Source: Pseudomonadota bacterium (lineage in GTDB: Bacteria > Bdellovibrionota > Bdellovibrionia > Bdellovibrionales > SG-bin7). From it: a stretch of DNA of 64,000 nucleotides. Made by a program: the position numbers and the translations under genes. The stretch covers positions 1 to 64,000 of the forward strand of contig JAWXAY010000033.1 in assembly GCA_034439715.1 (NCBI GenBank), written 5' to 3'. The notes beneath the pieces are model-generated. The model did not search any database. It saw nothing but the letters and a program-made list of their open reading frames with translations, and had not been told where the DNA came from. Of this stretch, positions 26,595-38,700 are shown piece after piece (position 1 is the stretch's first letter; every line of letters starts with the position of its first letter).

Positions 26595-28610
26595 CTACTT
26601 AAAGTAATTCTCTGCGAGATCCAATTCGGCGCTGGTCCCTAGAACGTATACGATATCGCCTGTCTCAAATACGAAGTCAGGATGGGGATGAGTCGTGCCA
26701 AGCACGGCCCTAAACACCGAAACCACACTGGCCCCCGTAATTTGCCTTAGGTTTAGCTCTAATAACGTTTTTCCGACCGCTTTATGTTCAGAACCCAAAG
26801 AGATAGGCCGCATATTACTGATCACTTGCCAACCCGGCAGATGAATATTAGCGCTCAGAGATTCCAAAGAATACTTGGCGTTTTCTTGAATCGATTTTCG
26901 AGTTTTCGTGTTGAGTTCATAAATTTTTGCAGGATCGGCCCCGTACTCCGTTAACACTCGAGTCAGAATCTCGAGTGTGGTTTCGACTTCCCCCATCACG
27001 ACGTCGGTTTTGCTCGAAAGTCTTAAATCGCTCAATTCTCGTAAGTACTGAGCTCTCAAAATAATTCGAATATCAGGGCGCAGGCGATGAACCGCTGCTA
27101 AAGCAGACTCCATGATTTTAGATCCGGCTACAGTCAGAACCACAAGTCGAGCGGTCTCTATATTGGCTTTCCTTAAAATCTCAGCGCTGGCGGCGTCGCC
27201 AAAAAAAATGGGTTCCTCTTTGCGAAATCGATTTACGGTGTCGGCGTTCATTTCAATAATCTGGTAGGGGAGATTAAGAACTTTAAGAGAGCGGGCCAGA
27301 TTTTGTCCGGCAATACCGAAACCAATTATAATCGTATGCCCTGACATTCTCTCTTTGGGAGTATTGAAGCCTCCTCCTGCTGCCGCAAACCTCGAAATAC
27401 TACTTCTGAGAGTTTCGGCAAACTTTGTAATTTGTTTGGGCAAGAATTGCTGATATTGGGTTGCCAGTCCCACTCGTGGCGCTAGTCGCAAAAAGAAGGG
27501 AGTTGCAGCGAGGGACATTACAGACATTGTCAAAAAATATTGGCGTTCATTAGCACTTATGAGATTTAGCTTTAGTCCTTCTTCGACGAGAATAAATGAA
27601 AACTCACCTACCTGACACAATATAAGTCCGGTAATTAGCGCGAGAGAGCTGGGATTGCCTAAGAACCAAAGAGCAGAATAAATAACTAAAACCTTCACTA
27701 AAATCATCCCTAACGAAAGACTTACAACCGAACCAAACTTTTGCACAATAAAACTTAAGTCCAAAAGCATACCGATAGAAACAAAAAATAGTCCCAAGAA
27801 GTTATCCCTCAGGGGAATAAAGTCGGATGTTGCCTGTTTTCCATAGGGAGATTCTGAGATCATCATGCCGGCAATAAAAGCGCCGAGAGTTAGTGAGAGG
27901 CCTAAGTAATTTATCAAATAGGCAGTGCCCGCACAAATAAACAATATGCAAAAAAAGAAAATCTCACGGCTGCCAGTTCGTGCCACTCGATTAAGTAAAC
28001 CGGGAACTAAGTATTTTGAAAAAACCCCAACAAGCAAAATAGTGCCGACGAGTCGTGTGGCAATGCTATATAGCTGACTGAGTAGGTTTGATTCTGTCAC
28101 TGCAGTTTGGGCTAAAAAGGGCAAAATGAGAACCATTGGAATCACTGCTAAATCTTGAAAGAGCAAAATGGAAATACTAACTTGGCCGTAGTTAGTTTCG
28201 GTCTCACGATTGTCCTGCAATATTTTAAAAACCGTGGCTGTTGAACTGAGGGCCACCAAAAATCCTATAAATAATGACTTTGGCCAAGTCATTTCTAAAA
28301 AAAGATGCAAGAGTCCCGAAATTATAACCACCGTACCCACTACTTGAGCAGTGCCATAAGCTAATAGCGCCCGACGACTTTCGGTAAGGCGTTTAAAAGA
28401 AAACTCGAGGCCAAGAGTAAACATCAAAAGAAAGGCCGCAATTTCGGTGACGTATTTTACATCTAATGAGGAATGGACTAGTTTCAAGCCGTGAGGGCCA
28501 GCAATAATTCCGGCCATAAGAAAGCCCACTATGGGAGGCAGTCTGACCGAGTAAAACAAGGTGGCAACGACGGTGGCCACACCCAATACAATAATAAAAT
28601 CAAGAAACAA
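26595..28610 (-). CDS. CPA2 cation:proton antiporter with TrkA-N and TrkA-C domains (KefC-like)
   Basis: Multiple TMs, LMFTLGLEFS, ILLFQDL, LGAFIAGMMISES, QVGEFSFIL; IIGFGIAG and FFGDA. Confidence 0.9.
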   Translation of the reverse strand: MFLDFIIVLGVATVVATLFYSVRLPPIVGFLMAGIIAGPHGLKLVHSSLDVKYVTEIAAFLLMFTLGLEFSFKRLTESRRALLAYGTAQVVGTVVIISGLLHLFLEMTWPKSLFIGFLVALSSTATVFKILQDNRETETNYGQVSISILLFQDLAVIPMVLILPFLAQTAVTESNLLSQLYSIATRLVGTILLVGVFSKYLVPGLLNRVARTGSREIFFFCILFICAGTAYLINYLGLSLTLGAFIAGMMISESPYGKQATSDFIPLRDNFLGLFFVSIGMLLDLSFIVQKFGSVVSLSLGMILVKVLVIYSALWFLGNPSSLALITGLILCQVGEFSFILVEEGLKLNLISANERQYFLTMSVMSLAATPFFLRLAPRVGLATQYQQFLPKQITKFAETLRSSISRFAAAGGGFNTPKERMSGHTIIIGFGIAGQNLARSLKVLNLPYQIIEMNADTVNRFRKEEPIFFGDAASAEILRKANIETARLVVLTVAGSKIMESALAAVHRLRPDIRIILRAQYLRELSDLRLSSKTDVVMGEVETTLEILTRVLTEYGADPAKIYELNTKTRKSIQENAKYSLESLSANIHLPGWQVISNMRPISLGSEHKAVGKTLLELNLRQITGASVVSVFRAVLGTTHPHPDFVFETGDIVYVLGTSAELDLAENYFK

Positions 28611-28621
28611 ATGGCCCCCTG

Positions 28622-29371
28622 TTAAATCGCTCTCGCAATGATGATAGTGTGAGTGCCCAAAAGATTTTCTTTCGACATTAAAAATTTAAAGAGGTCCTTA
28701 TTAGCGGCGCGATTCTGGGGAGATTTTTCGCGGATAAAACAGGCGCGGTAAATCGAAAACCAAACGAAGGGATAAAAGAGATAATACCAAATCATCGAGC
28801 TTGTTTTATAGCGATGGGTGAGAATTTTCTCAATTCGAAGGTTTGACTTTGCACACGCAAAATAAAGTTGATTAAAAGCGATAGGATTGATGTGCTCAAA
28901 GTACATGTTGGGACTTGTCACTGGGATAGGGCTTGAAGCCATGGTGTGAAAACCACTCCAAAAAAAATTCCAACGACTGCCGAGACTTAAAGTGTTGGGG
29001 GTCGTCAATACCAATTGACCATCTTTTTTAAGCACTCGCCTGGCCTCGCGCAAAAATGCAAAATGATTATCGATGTGTTCGATGCCTTCAACACACACTA
29101 CATAAGAAAATTTCTCATCACTAAAGTCAAAGCGTTCAGTCATGTTGATCTTTTTATAATCGACTCCTGTGAGGCAATGGAGCGACTCATCAATTTCTCC
29201 AGCCACACCCTGAAAGCCAAGGGCTTGCAAATCGCGAATGAGATAACCGGGGCCAGAAGGCAGATCTAGTACTTGGCCCTGGTTTTGAGTTTTAAGATAA
29301 TCAATAACAATTTTATGTAGATAGGGATTGTGTCTAATAGGTTCGGAAAAGTTTTTTTCAATAAACGACAT
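28622..29371 (-). CDS. Class I SAM-dependent methyltransferase
   Basis: VLDLPSGPG, VEGIEHI, RVLKKDGQLVLTTPN. Confidence 0.85.
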   Translation of the reverse strand: MSFIEKNFSEPIRHNPYLHKIVIDYLKTQNQGQVLDLPSGPGYLIRDLQALGFQGVAGEIDESLHCLTGVDYKKINMTERFDFSDEKFSYVVCVEGIEHIDNHFAFLREARRVLKKDGQLVLTTPNTLSLGSRWNFFWSGFHTMASSPIPVTSPNMYFEHINPIAFNQLYFACAKSNLRIEKILTHRYKTSSMIWYYLFYPFVWFSIYRACFIREKSPQNRAANKDLFKFLMSKENLLGTHTIIIARAI

Positions 29372-29666
29372 TAATTTAAAATACTTTTAAACCGCCATTT
29401 TGTCTAGCACCAATCATGTAGTTCCGGTACCGACTGTATTGATTCCGCCGACCTCTAACGTAACACCCGAGGCAAGCCGCAATATTCCCGTTGTGAGGTT
29501 GTATTAGTTACCGACATTTAGCTAGTTAGACTTTAGTCAGGAGCGTATCAATGTGAGAAAAAACCAAAGATTGGTCTAGCTTTCGCAATATGAGATGTCG
29601 ACGCATCTCGCACTCAGACAAGCGTAAGTATTACTGACTCAATTTCAGAAACTGACCCGACTCTAC

Positions 29667-29694
29667 TAAAGTAGGTGTCCTGTAATTCCGATAA
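29667..29694 (+). promoter_or_regulatory. Sigma28 (FliA)-like promoter
   Basis: TAAAG-N15-TCCGATAA directly upstream of the giant gene. Confidence 0.65.
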
Positions 29695-29703
29695 GTTGGG
29701 TAT

Positions 29704-32700
29704 ATGGGACGTCTCTGGACCGGGCTTTCAACTAGCCATTCATTCTACTACTTGTTTCACTTTTCCTTGTTGCAGCCAATGCAGTTCGCGGCCTTCTTTT
29801 CTGTGGTTTTTCTGGCCAGCACTTTTCAAAACCAGGCACAAGCAGCTTGCGGCGGTACCGTGCGTACATGGGACTCAGGAGCAGGCAGCGCCAACTGGAG
29901 TGCCGCTGCCAATTGGTCGGCGGATGATATCCCCAATACCACCACTGAAGACGTGGTTATTGTTTCGGGAGCGCAAATCCCTAATTTTGATACCGCTTAT
30001 TCAGTGGGTTGTCTCGAGATTCAATCAGGAACATTAACGGCTAACAGAAACAACAGAGTTCTTACTATCAATGGCGACTATTTTAGAAACCTCACCGCCA
30101 ATTCATTTACTGTGGGTTCAGCTAGTTTTACTTTAAAAATGGGTGTACCTGGCTCACCAGTACAAACTCTTGAGAATTACGACCTTCTAGAAATTTTAGA
30201 AATTGGCAATAACAACACCGTTACAAGTACGAAACCTTTTAGGATGAATACTCAGCTGCAATTCACAGCCGGTTGGACGGGTACCTTAAAACTCAATGGC
30301 GATTTAGATTATAGAGGGGGTGCTGTTACCATTCCCGCCGGAGGTACAGTCATCATAGGTTCCGGTGTGACTTGGGCATCTACTGCTAATATTACTGTAG
30401 CGGGCACTTTAAAAATTATGCCAGGTGCCACTCTTAAATTTAATACCGGCCGCACGCTTACTGTTAATAATAATGCCTCGCTAATTATAGCAGGCGCTTC
30501 AGGAAATTCGGGTAAAATTTCAGGACAAGATTTTAACGACAGTTGGACCTTTAACATGAACGGCATCCTTAACGCCGACTACTTTCTGTTATCGCGCATG
30601 GCAGTTTCTGGATTGAATATTGGGGCCACTGGCATTGTGCAAAAACTCGATAACGGAGAATTTCATTACCCACAATTAAATGGCGATGCCATAAGAGTCG
30701 CTAACGGCGCTACGTTGCCTGCGACTATGAATCAACTTGGCTTTTCAAATGATGCTAATTTGGCTGGGACAAAAAACTTTAACAGCGCCTATACCGGCAC
30801 TGCTATTACTGTTAATAATTGGACAGGAAATGGTAATACCGCAAATGAACGAGCCGATACCGGAAATAAAATTCTTTGGGGTGCGCAAGGGGGCACTAAA
30901 TTATCTCTTGTGGATTTTTCAAACCCACCAGCAACTATCAATCAAGCGACCACAGTTACCGGCGGCACTTTTTCTTTTGCTCTCAATCAGGCATCGACTC
31001 TCACTAATATTACTAGCATTAAAATTTCAATGTTGGGTACGGCTACAACTTCGGATATCGATTATATAACGGTATACGCAGATGCTGCAGGCAGTATGGA
31101 TTGCGTACTCACTGTTGGTACTGACACTGTTATAGCGAATCAGGTTTCACTCAGCAGTTCACCCCTGAGCTATACAGTTGCTATTGCCTCGGGAGTTGTC
31201 ACAACTTCTAGTGACACTGCTAAACACTGTATTCATGTGCAAGTTAGAACTACCGGCACCGCCCAAGATAATAAGACTATTCGTCTTGGCGTTCAGGGTA
31301 CAAACGACGTGGTTAACAGTCAGGGCTATACCTTTTCAGATTCCGCAGCACCGCCTGTTTTGGCTTCTCCAGATATTGTTATAGTCGGTGATGTAATTAG
31401 AAAGTGGCAAGGAGACATAAGTACGGCTTGGAGCAATGCTGGAAATTGGTCAGGTGGAGTGGTTCCGACCGGGACTCGTGACTGCCAAGTGGGAGTCGGT
31501 ACTAACGTAGCCGTTCTCGATGCTACCGGAACTTGTCAGGTCGCTAATTTTTTAACGGGGGGAACGCTCAACTTTAATGCCACAGGGCGAATCTTGAATC
31601 TTACTGGTGGAATAAATATTGACCCTGGTTTTATATTTCAAACTCCCACAAATGTTGGCACTCTCAATTTTAGTGGTGCTGTCGCTGAAGGCGTTTCGAT
31701 TGCGACCCCAGTACCGGCCCATGTGACAATTAATAATACGGGAGCGGCAGGCAATGATTATGTAGAAATCAACGGCGATACTACTATCGGCGATGCCTCT
31801 GGCAATGGGGGGAATGTCACAGTCACTAATGGCACGCTTCGTGTAAATGCTCCTTATACCTTGACGATCAAGGGCAATCTCACTTGCGCGGCACTTGCAG
31901 GAAACGGAATAGAAATCGCGGCCGGCGCTACTTTAAAGATGGGAAACAATAGAACCATAACTATCAATAACGGCTGTACGTTTACGCTTGTGGGAAACAT
32001 CAATCAAAATGTTGTGGTTACATCTGACAACATTGCAAACTCTTACAATGTTATCGTCGCAGCGGGTGGTATTATAAGTGCGAATTATTACAAATTTGAA
32101 AACCTAGGTACGCTGGGATTAAATATTGCCGGTACGATCAATGCCACCAACCATTTACAAAATGGTACATTTAGATATCCCAGAGGCAACAATGGAAAAA
32201 TGTTAGACCTTGACGTGGCTGTTCCTACAAATTCAATGGACAATATGACATTTACGTCGGGCGGGTCGTCAGCCACGGGCACCACTAATATTGATACGGC
32301 CACCAATGGTGCTGGCGGCACACTCACATTAAATAACTATACTGGTGATTTAGCGGGACCGTTTTTTGATAATGATCCCACCTATTTACTAGCTTGGTTG
32401 AACGCCACAAATACCATAGAAATCACACAAGAAGCGACTTCACCCGTCACGCTTAATGCGGGTTCTACTTATAATATGGGGCGCTTTGGTTTCAAACAAG
32501 CTATGGCAGGAGCGTCTTTTGTAAACACGGATATTACAAGCCTTCGCTTGACGTTAACTGGTACGGCTTCCAGTAATGATATTTCAGACGTCAAAATTTA
32601 CTACGACGCTACTTGTGCTGGTGCCGGCGGTGTACTTGTTGATAGCGGAGCATTTTCGGGTAACCCGGCTTCTCGTGTATTTACTTTTACGGCGGGCGAA

Positions 32701-35700
32701 GCCACGGTCAATGCTGATACTTCAACCCCACCAAAAAAATGTCTTTATGTTGAATATGTTATTGCTTCGGGAGCCACTGATGGCAACACCGCAGGGGTGG
32801 AGTTAGTTTTAACCACTGATTTTGCGAGCTCGGCGGGTTATGCGGTGGACTCAAATACTCTACCACCTCTTTTTCTGGGATCACCTGGTACAATTTCTGG
32901 AAGTTCCTCTGTAAATTGGGTGGGCGGTACAAGCACCAATTGGAATTTAGCTGCCAATTGGAGTCCTGCTACCGTTCCTACCAGCGGCATCAGCTGTCGG
33001 ATTGATAGCAGCGTTAGGAATCCTACCATTGACGTAACAAGCGGTAATGCCACTTGCAAAACTGTCATCATCGGAAACGGCACGCTGAATATTTCTACGG
33101 GGTACAAACTTTCTGTCTATGGTGGTTATACCAATACTGGTACGTTAAACTTGGCGGGAACTGCCACTCTTGAATTTGCGGACGGGGGGGTTTTATCAAA
33201 TCAAACAATTACAAGTAGTACGACCATTGGCAGTATTAGTTTTGCTAAAACTGCTGGTGGAAACGTCAACATCGGCTCAAGTGCTCTAACAGTTACATCG
33301 CTAGTAAATATGCAGGCTGGGCAAAACTTTGATTTTTTAATACCGAGTGGAAAAAATCTGACGTTTAGCGGAGGAGCCACTGTTAGTGCAGGAACCTTTA
33401 CCATTGCCGCTGGTGGTACGCTGACCATGGGCAATGCCACGGCTTTTACGGTTGGTGCCAATGGAACTTTAATTATGATTGGTAGTTCCGGTGCCAACTT
33501 AGCCACTATGACGGGTGGAAGTAATAAATTTAACGCTGTTATCAATGGAACAATCAAGGCGCAGTACTATAAGTTTGATCATCTATCATCAGCAGGAGTT
33601 AGTGTTGAAAGCGGTTCAACCATTGACGTCACTTACCATTTGCAAGATGGTAGTTTTACATATCCTGTCGACGCTTCGACCACGATGCTCTTTTTAAAAC
33701 GCCAAGTTCCAACTGATACAATGGACAACACCAAGTTTGATAAAGGCGGCTCCGCGGCAGCGACGCCAAAGAATATCAACACGACAGGTGCTGCGGCGGG
33801 TACTCTCACCATGAGTGGTTACTTAGGCGATATTGCTGGCGATGCCTTTGAAGTTGAAGGGTCTTATACAATTAGTTGGGGCGCAGGTGTAAATACCATA
33901 AATCTCACTCAAAGTGCTGCCACCGCACTTGGTTCAGTTACTGCTCCTTCGACAGCAAATTTGATGGGGCGTTTCGGCTTTAAACAAACTCTCGCGGGCG
34001 CGTCTTATAGCGATGCTGCACTTACAACTTTAAAACTAACCCTTAAAGGAACGGCCATAGCAGCAGATGTCAGTGAAGTTCGCATTTATTACGAGACAGA
34101 TTGTAACAGCGCTGGTGGTACACTTATCGGTTCGGGTATATTTAGTGGATCGCCGGGTACCGCAACATTTAATCTTAACCCTACTGATGCGATTATTCCC
34201 TTCAATGCTACAACACCACCTACCGTTTGCATTTATGTCCAATACGATATTCCATCTGGTGCCACAAACGGAAACACCGTAGGGGTCGAGGTTGCCATCA
34301 ATAGTCATGTCACCAATGACCAGGCCTACGCCATTGCTGACGCTACACCAGTACCAGTCAATTTAGGCACGGCGATTGCCATAAGTGGTGCGATAAATAC
34401 GACATGGAACGGATCGGTAAGTACCGCTTGGGGTACTGCCGGAAACTGGTCTGCGGGAGTGCCTACATCGACAGTTAATTGTACAATTCCTACTGGTTTG
34501 ACTGTCTGGCCAAACGTAGCAGCAGGAACAATCATTTGTAAGAGTGTAACTTTACAGGGCTCAATGACAATGTCAGCTGGAACTTGGGATGTGCACGGGG
34601 ATTTTATTAATACGGGCACTTTTACAAACTCAGGTGGTGCTTTAAACTTTCAAGGTACTGCTAATCAAAACTTTAGTAGCGGTAGCACTATATTTAATGT
34701 GACCTTTGGAAAAACGGCCGGAACCGTTGCCATTACTGGTGCAAGTGTACCTATTACATCGATCGATTTTACGGGAGGCTCGGCTTACACATTTAAAGTG
34801 AATTCTGGCAGAACGGTGACCTTTACAAATAACGTAACTGTTTTGACTGGTAAGACATTTGATATTTCAGCGGGCACGGTAAGAATGTCTAACGGAAGAA
34901 CTTTTACTATTAATAGTGGTGCGACGTTAAATATGATTGGAACTTCTGCAGTTTTAAATTCTGTCATGACTTCAACTGGTGGAGCCAACGCATTTAATGT
35001 GGTCATTGCGGGAACCATTGCAGCGAGATATTTTACTTTTGACCACTTGGGCGTCGCAGGTGTGGCTATAAATGGAACCGCTACTATAAACGCGACCAAT
35101 CAGTTGCAAGATTGTAATTTTACATATCCCGTAAACAACAATACCAAGTTTTTAACCCTAGCTATTCCCATTCCAGTTGCAACTTTGGACAATTGTAAAT
35201 TTGATTTGGCGGGATCGGTAGCAACAGGAACAAAAACGATTGATGCCTCTGCAGTGACTGGTGGCGCCCCCAACCCAGACTTGACACTTAATAATTGGTC
35301 AGGCGACGCCGGAGGCACCAGCAGCAGTATCAATAGTGGTACCTATACGATCGCTTGGGCGCCGGGACTCAACACCATAAATATCACTCGTGAAGCTGCC
35401 AGCCCCACCACAGTGAACGCCGGCACTACATATAACATGGGCCGCTTTGGCTTCCAGCAAGTTTTAGCCGGTACCTATGCAGATACAGATATAACAACAC
35501 TCAGGCTTTCAACCACTGGAACGGCTGTGGCCTCAGATATAAGTCAGGTCCGAGTCTATTACGATAGTGATTGTAACAACTCAGCCGGAACTCTTATTGG
35601 CACAGGAGCCTTTGCCGGTTCCCCATTAACTAAGACATTCACTTTCTTGGCGGGAGACGCGAGAATTCACTTTAGTGCAACATCCCCACCACTCCGTTGT

Positions 35701-38700
35701 ATTTATGTTGAGATGGATGTTGCTCCGGGTGCCGTTAATGCTCGGACCATAAGTGCAAAAATTGATGTCTCGGCTGATTTGGTAAATAGCCTCGGTTATG
35801 CTGTGGCGACGGCATTTCCTGTGGCACTTGCCACGACTCCCTCTACAATTGTGGGCGCTTCAAATACCACATGGACTGGAACTACAAGTACAGCTTGGAA
35901 TTTGGCGAGTAACTGGACAAGCGGAATTCCCGATTCCACAAAAACTTGCACTCTCGTCAACGTAGCGAACGATCCTATTATCAGTACAGCGACTCAAGCA
36001 TGCAGAAACGTAAGTATAGGTAACGGGATCTTAACAATTAACACCGGTTCAACTCTTCAAGTTTATGGAAACTACGACAATACTTCGGGTTCAGTTACAA
36101 TGAGCGGCACTGGTACTGTTCGCATGATGGACGGCGGAACCGGCAGCGCTCAGACTGTGGCGAGTACCGCCCAACCTATGAATAAATTAACATTTGATAA
36201 AACAACTGGCGGCTCAGTTCGTGTTAATTCTACTATGACAATTACTAATTTGACGATTCCTGCTGGGTCTAATTTCACTTTCCAAATTCCTGCGAGTACG
36301 ACACTGACGTTAACAAATGGTCTCGCAATTCCTGCAGGGACCGTCGACGTGCAAAATGGCGGAACTATATTGATGGCTAGCGGCACTACACTTAGTGTGA
36401 CTGGCGGGACATTTAAAACTTCGGGTGTTAATGATACCTTTGTGCAAAGCTCAGCTAACAAAGGCAAAGTAAGTCGTGTTTCTGGTTCGTGGTCGTTTAA
36501 CGCAACTTCTGGCACCGTCAATCTCACTGGGTTTTGGTTAGATTATTTAGATGCGAACGGTATGCAGATAAATGGCTCCACCACACTTTCAAATTTGAGT
36601 GGCGGTCAGTTTACAAATCTTGCTACGAACGGTAGGGGTATGCAAGTAAACACGAGCGGTGCCGTACCGGCAACCGCCGCAAATGTGGGATTTGAGTGGG
36701 GCGCATTCAATGCGGCAAATTCAGGTCAAAGTTGTTTAGCGGGCACTTATTATACCGTGTACGCAACGGCTTGTGGTGGAAATACAATTACGTTTACAGA
36801 ATGGTGGGGTAATTGGTGGCCAGGACAACAATCATTAGTTGACTGTTCCCCCGACGATCATATTTGGGATTCGGCAGAAGGGGCTTCATGCACCATTAGC
36901 ATGGCGTCGTCAGCTTCACCAGTTTCGCTATTGTCACTGGTTGCTAAACCGTACAATCATGCGGTGTCAATTGAATGGGTAACAGCTTCTGAACTTGATC
37001 ACCAGGGATTTAATGTTTACCGCAGTCTCGACATGTCTAGCGGATTTATTCAAATCAATTCTGAGTTGGTGAGAAACATTATTTCGTCAACGTCGTATAA
37101 AGGAAAATACCGCTTTGTGGATCACGAGGTTGAAAACGGTACTCTCTATTACTATATCATCGAAGATGTGGCTTTTAATGGTGCTAAAGAGAAGCATGGA
37201 CCCGTCAGTGCAAGACCCTTAATAATATTAACGGCTCCGCCGGCTGATCCCAGTGACACTAACTCTGGAACAACAGATCCTAATCCGAACGCAGGTAACG
37301 ATCCCTCGACCGGGCCTATCGCGACACCGGGAATGGTTGACCTCGGGAATGGCGTTCACATTTTAGCGCAAACTAAAAACTCTTTACGTATAGAAATCAT
37401 TCCGCCGCCAGAGACTTGGGCTAATTCTACTTGGAATGCGACTTATAAAACTCTTAAGGTCCCGGGATATTCGAACACGCTAACACCAGGATACCCAGAA
37501 CTTGTGGATAGGACTATTTTAGTTGAGGTCAGTGATCAACATAGTAGTGCTTTGGTTATCAATTCGAGTTTGGTTGAGACCGTTCCTGTTGCCAAAAAAG
37601 TTCAACCAGCACCGAATTGGGTGGCCAATGGTGGTGGCATTCTGCAAGCTTCGTATGCCGAGAATGCGGTCGCTTATAGTGCCGCTGGGTATCAGCCGGC
37701 GACTTATTATTCTTTGGATAGCGCGCTTAAAACTATCGGTGGCAAAACCTACTTAGCTCTAAATGTGTCACCATTTAAATACGATGCTGTTAATCAGCTT
37801 GTAAAAAATTCGAGCAAAATCGTACTTGATATTGCGCTTGATGGTGAACCTATATGGAATGGTCAGCCGCCTACCAGCGATCCGGCACTGTCGCCGTCAG
37901 CTGCAGATGGCGTGTTGCGAATTGGCTTTCGTAGCTCTGGACTTTATGAATTAACTTACAATGATTTTGTCACAGCTAATGTAGATGGTCCATTCGCGGG
38001 ACACGACTCCACTCAATTTCGCATGTATGTACGGGGAGAAGAAATACCCATTAGTATAATATCGACCAACAGTACTTTTTCGAGTGGTGATAAAATAAGA
38101 TATCACGTTGATCATTTGAGAAATTCCGAAGACGATGAAAATGAAGTCGTACTCAGCTCTTATAATGTTCAGAATAGTGCAAGTGCCCCCTTGCGAATGG
38201 ATCACCGGAACGCTGAACCGACAAGTTTTGGTGCTTCACCTGAAGTGGGGTCTTATTATAAAGTAGCAGTGGAGCAGGATGTTGACTTCTATCTGGACTA
38301 TCCATTAGGTCCTGATCAAGATCATTTTTTCTGGAAGCGCATTAAAGCTAACAGAAATGGTAATCGCAATCCCTATCCTACAGCGGCCAAAATGGACATA
38401 CCCATTGATCTTACTCGTTTAGATCAAAATTCGACTAGAAAAGTTTACCTGAGAGTTTATTTAAGAGCTCGAGCTAATATGACTACAAATGCGAGTCACC
38501 ACTTGGGCCTGTATTTAAATAACATCACCTATATGGTCGATGAAAAAGTATTTACCGAAGACAAGCCGACAGTATTAACTTTTGAGTTGAATCCTAACTT
38601 CTTTTTTGACGGCATAAACACGATCAAACTTTTAGCTCTTGGAGACATGGTTCCCGAAAACAATTGGGACATTATAGACATTGATCGCGTTGAAGTCGAA

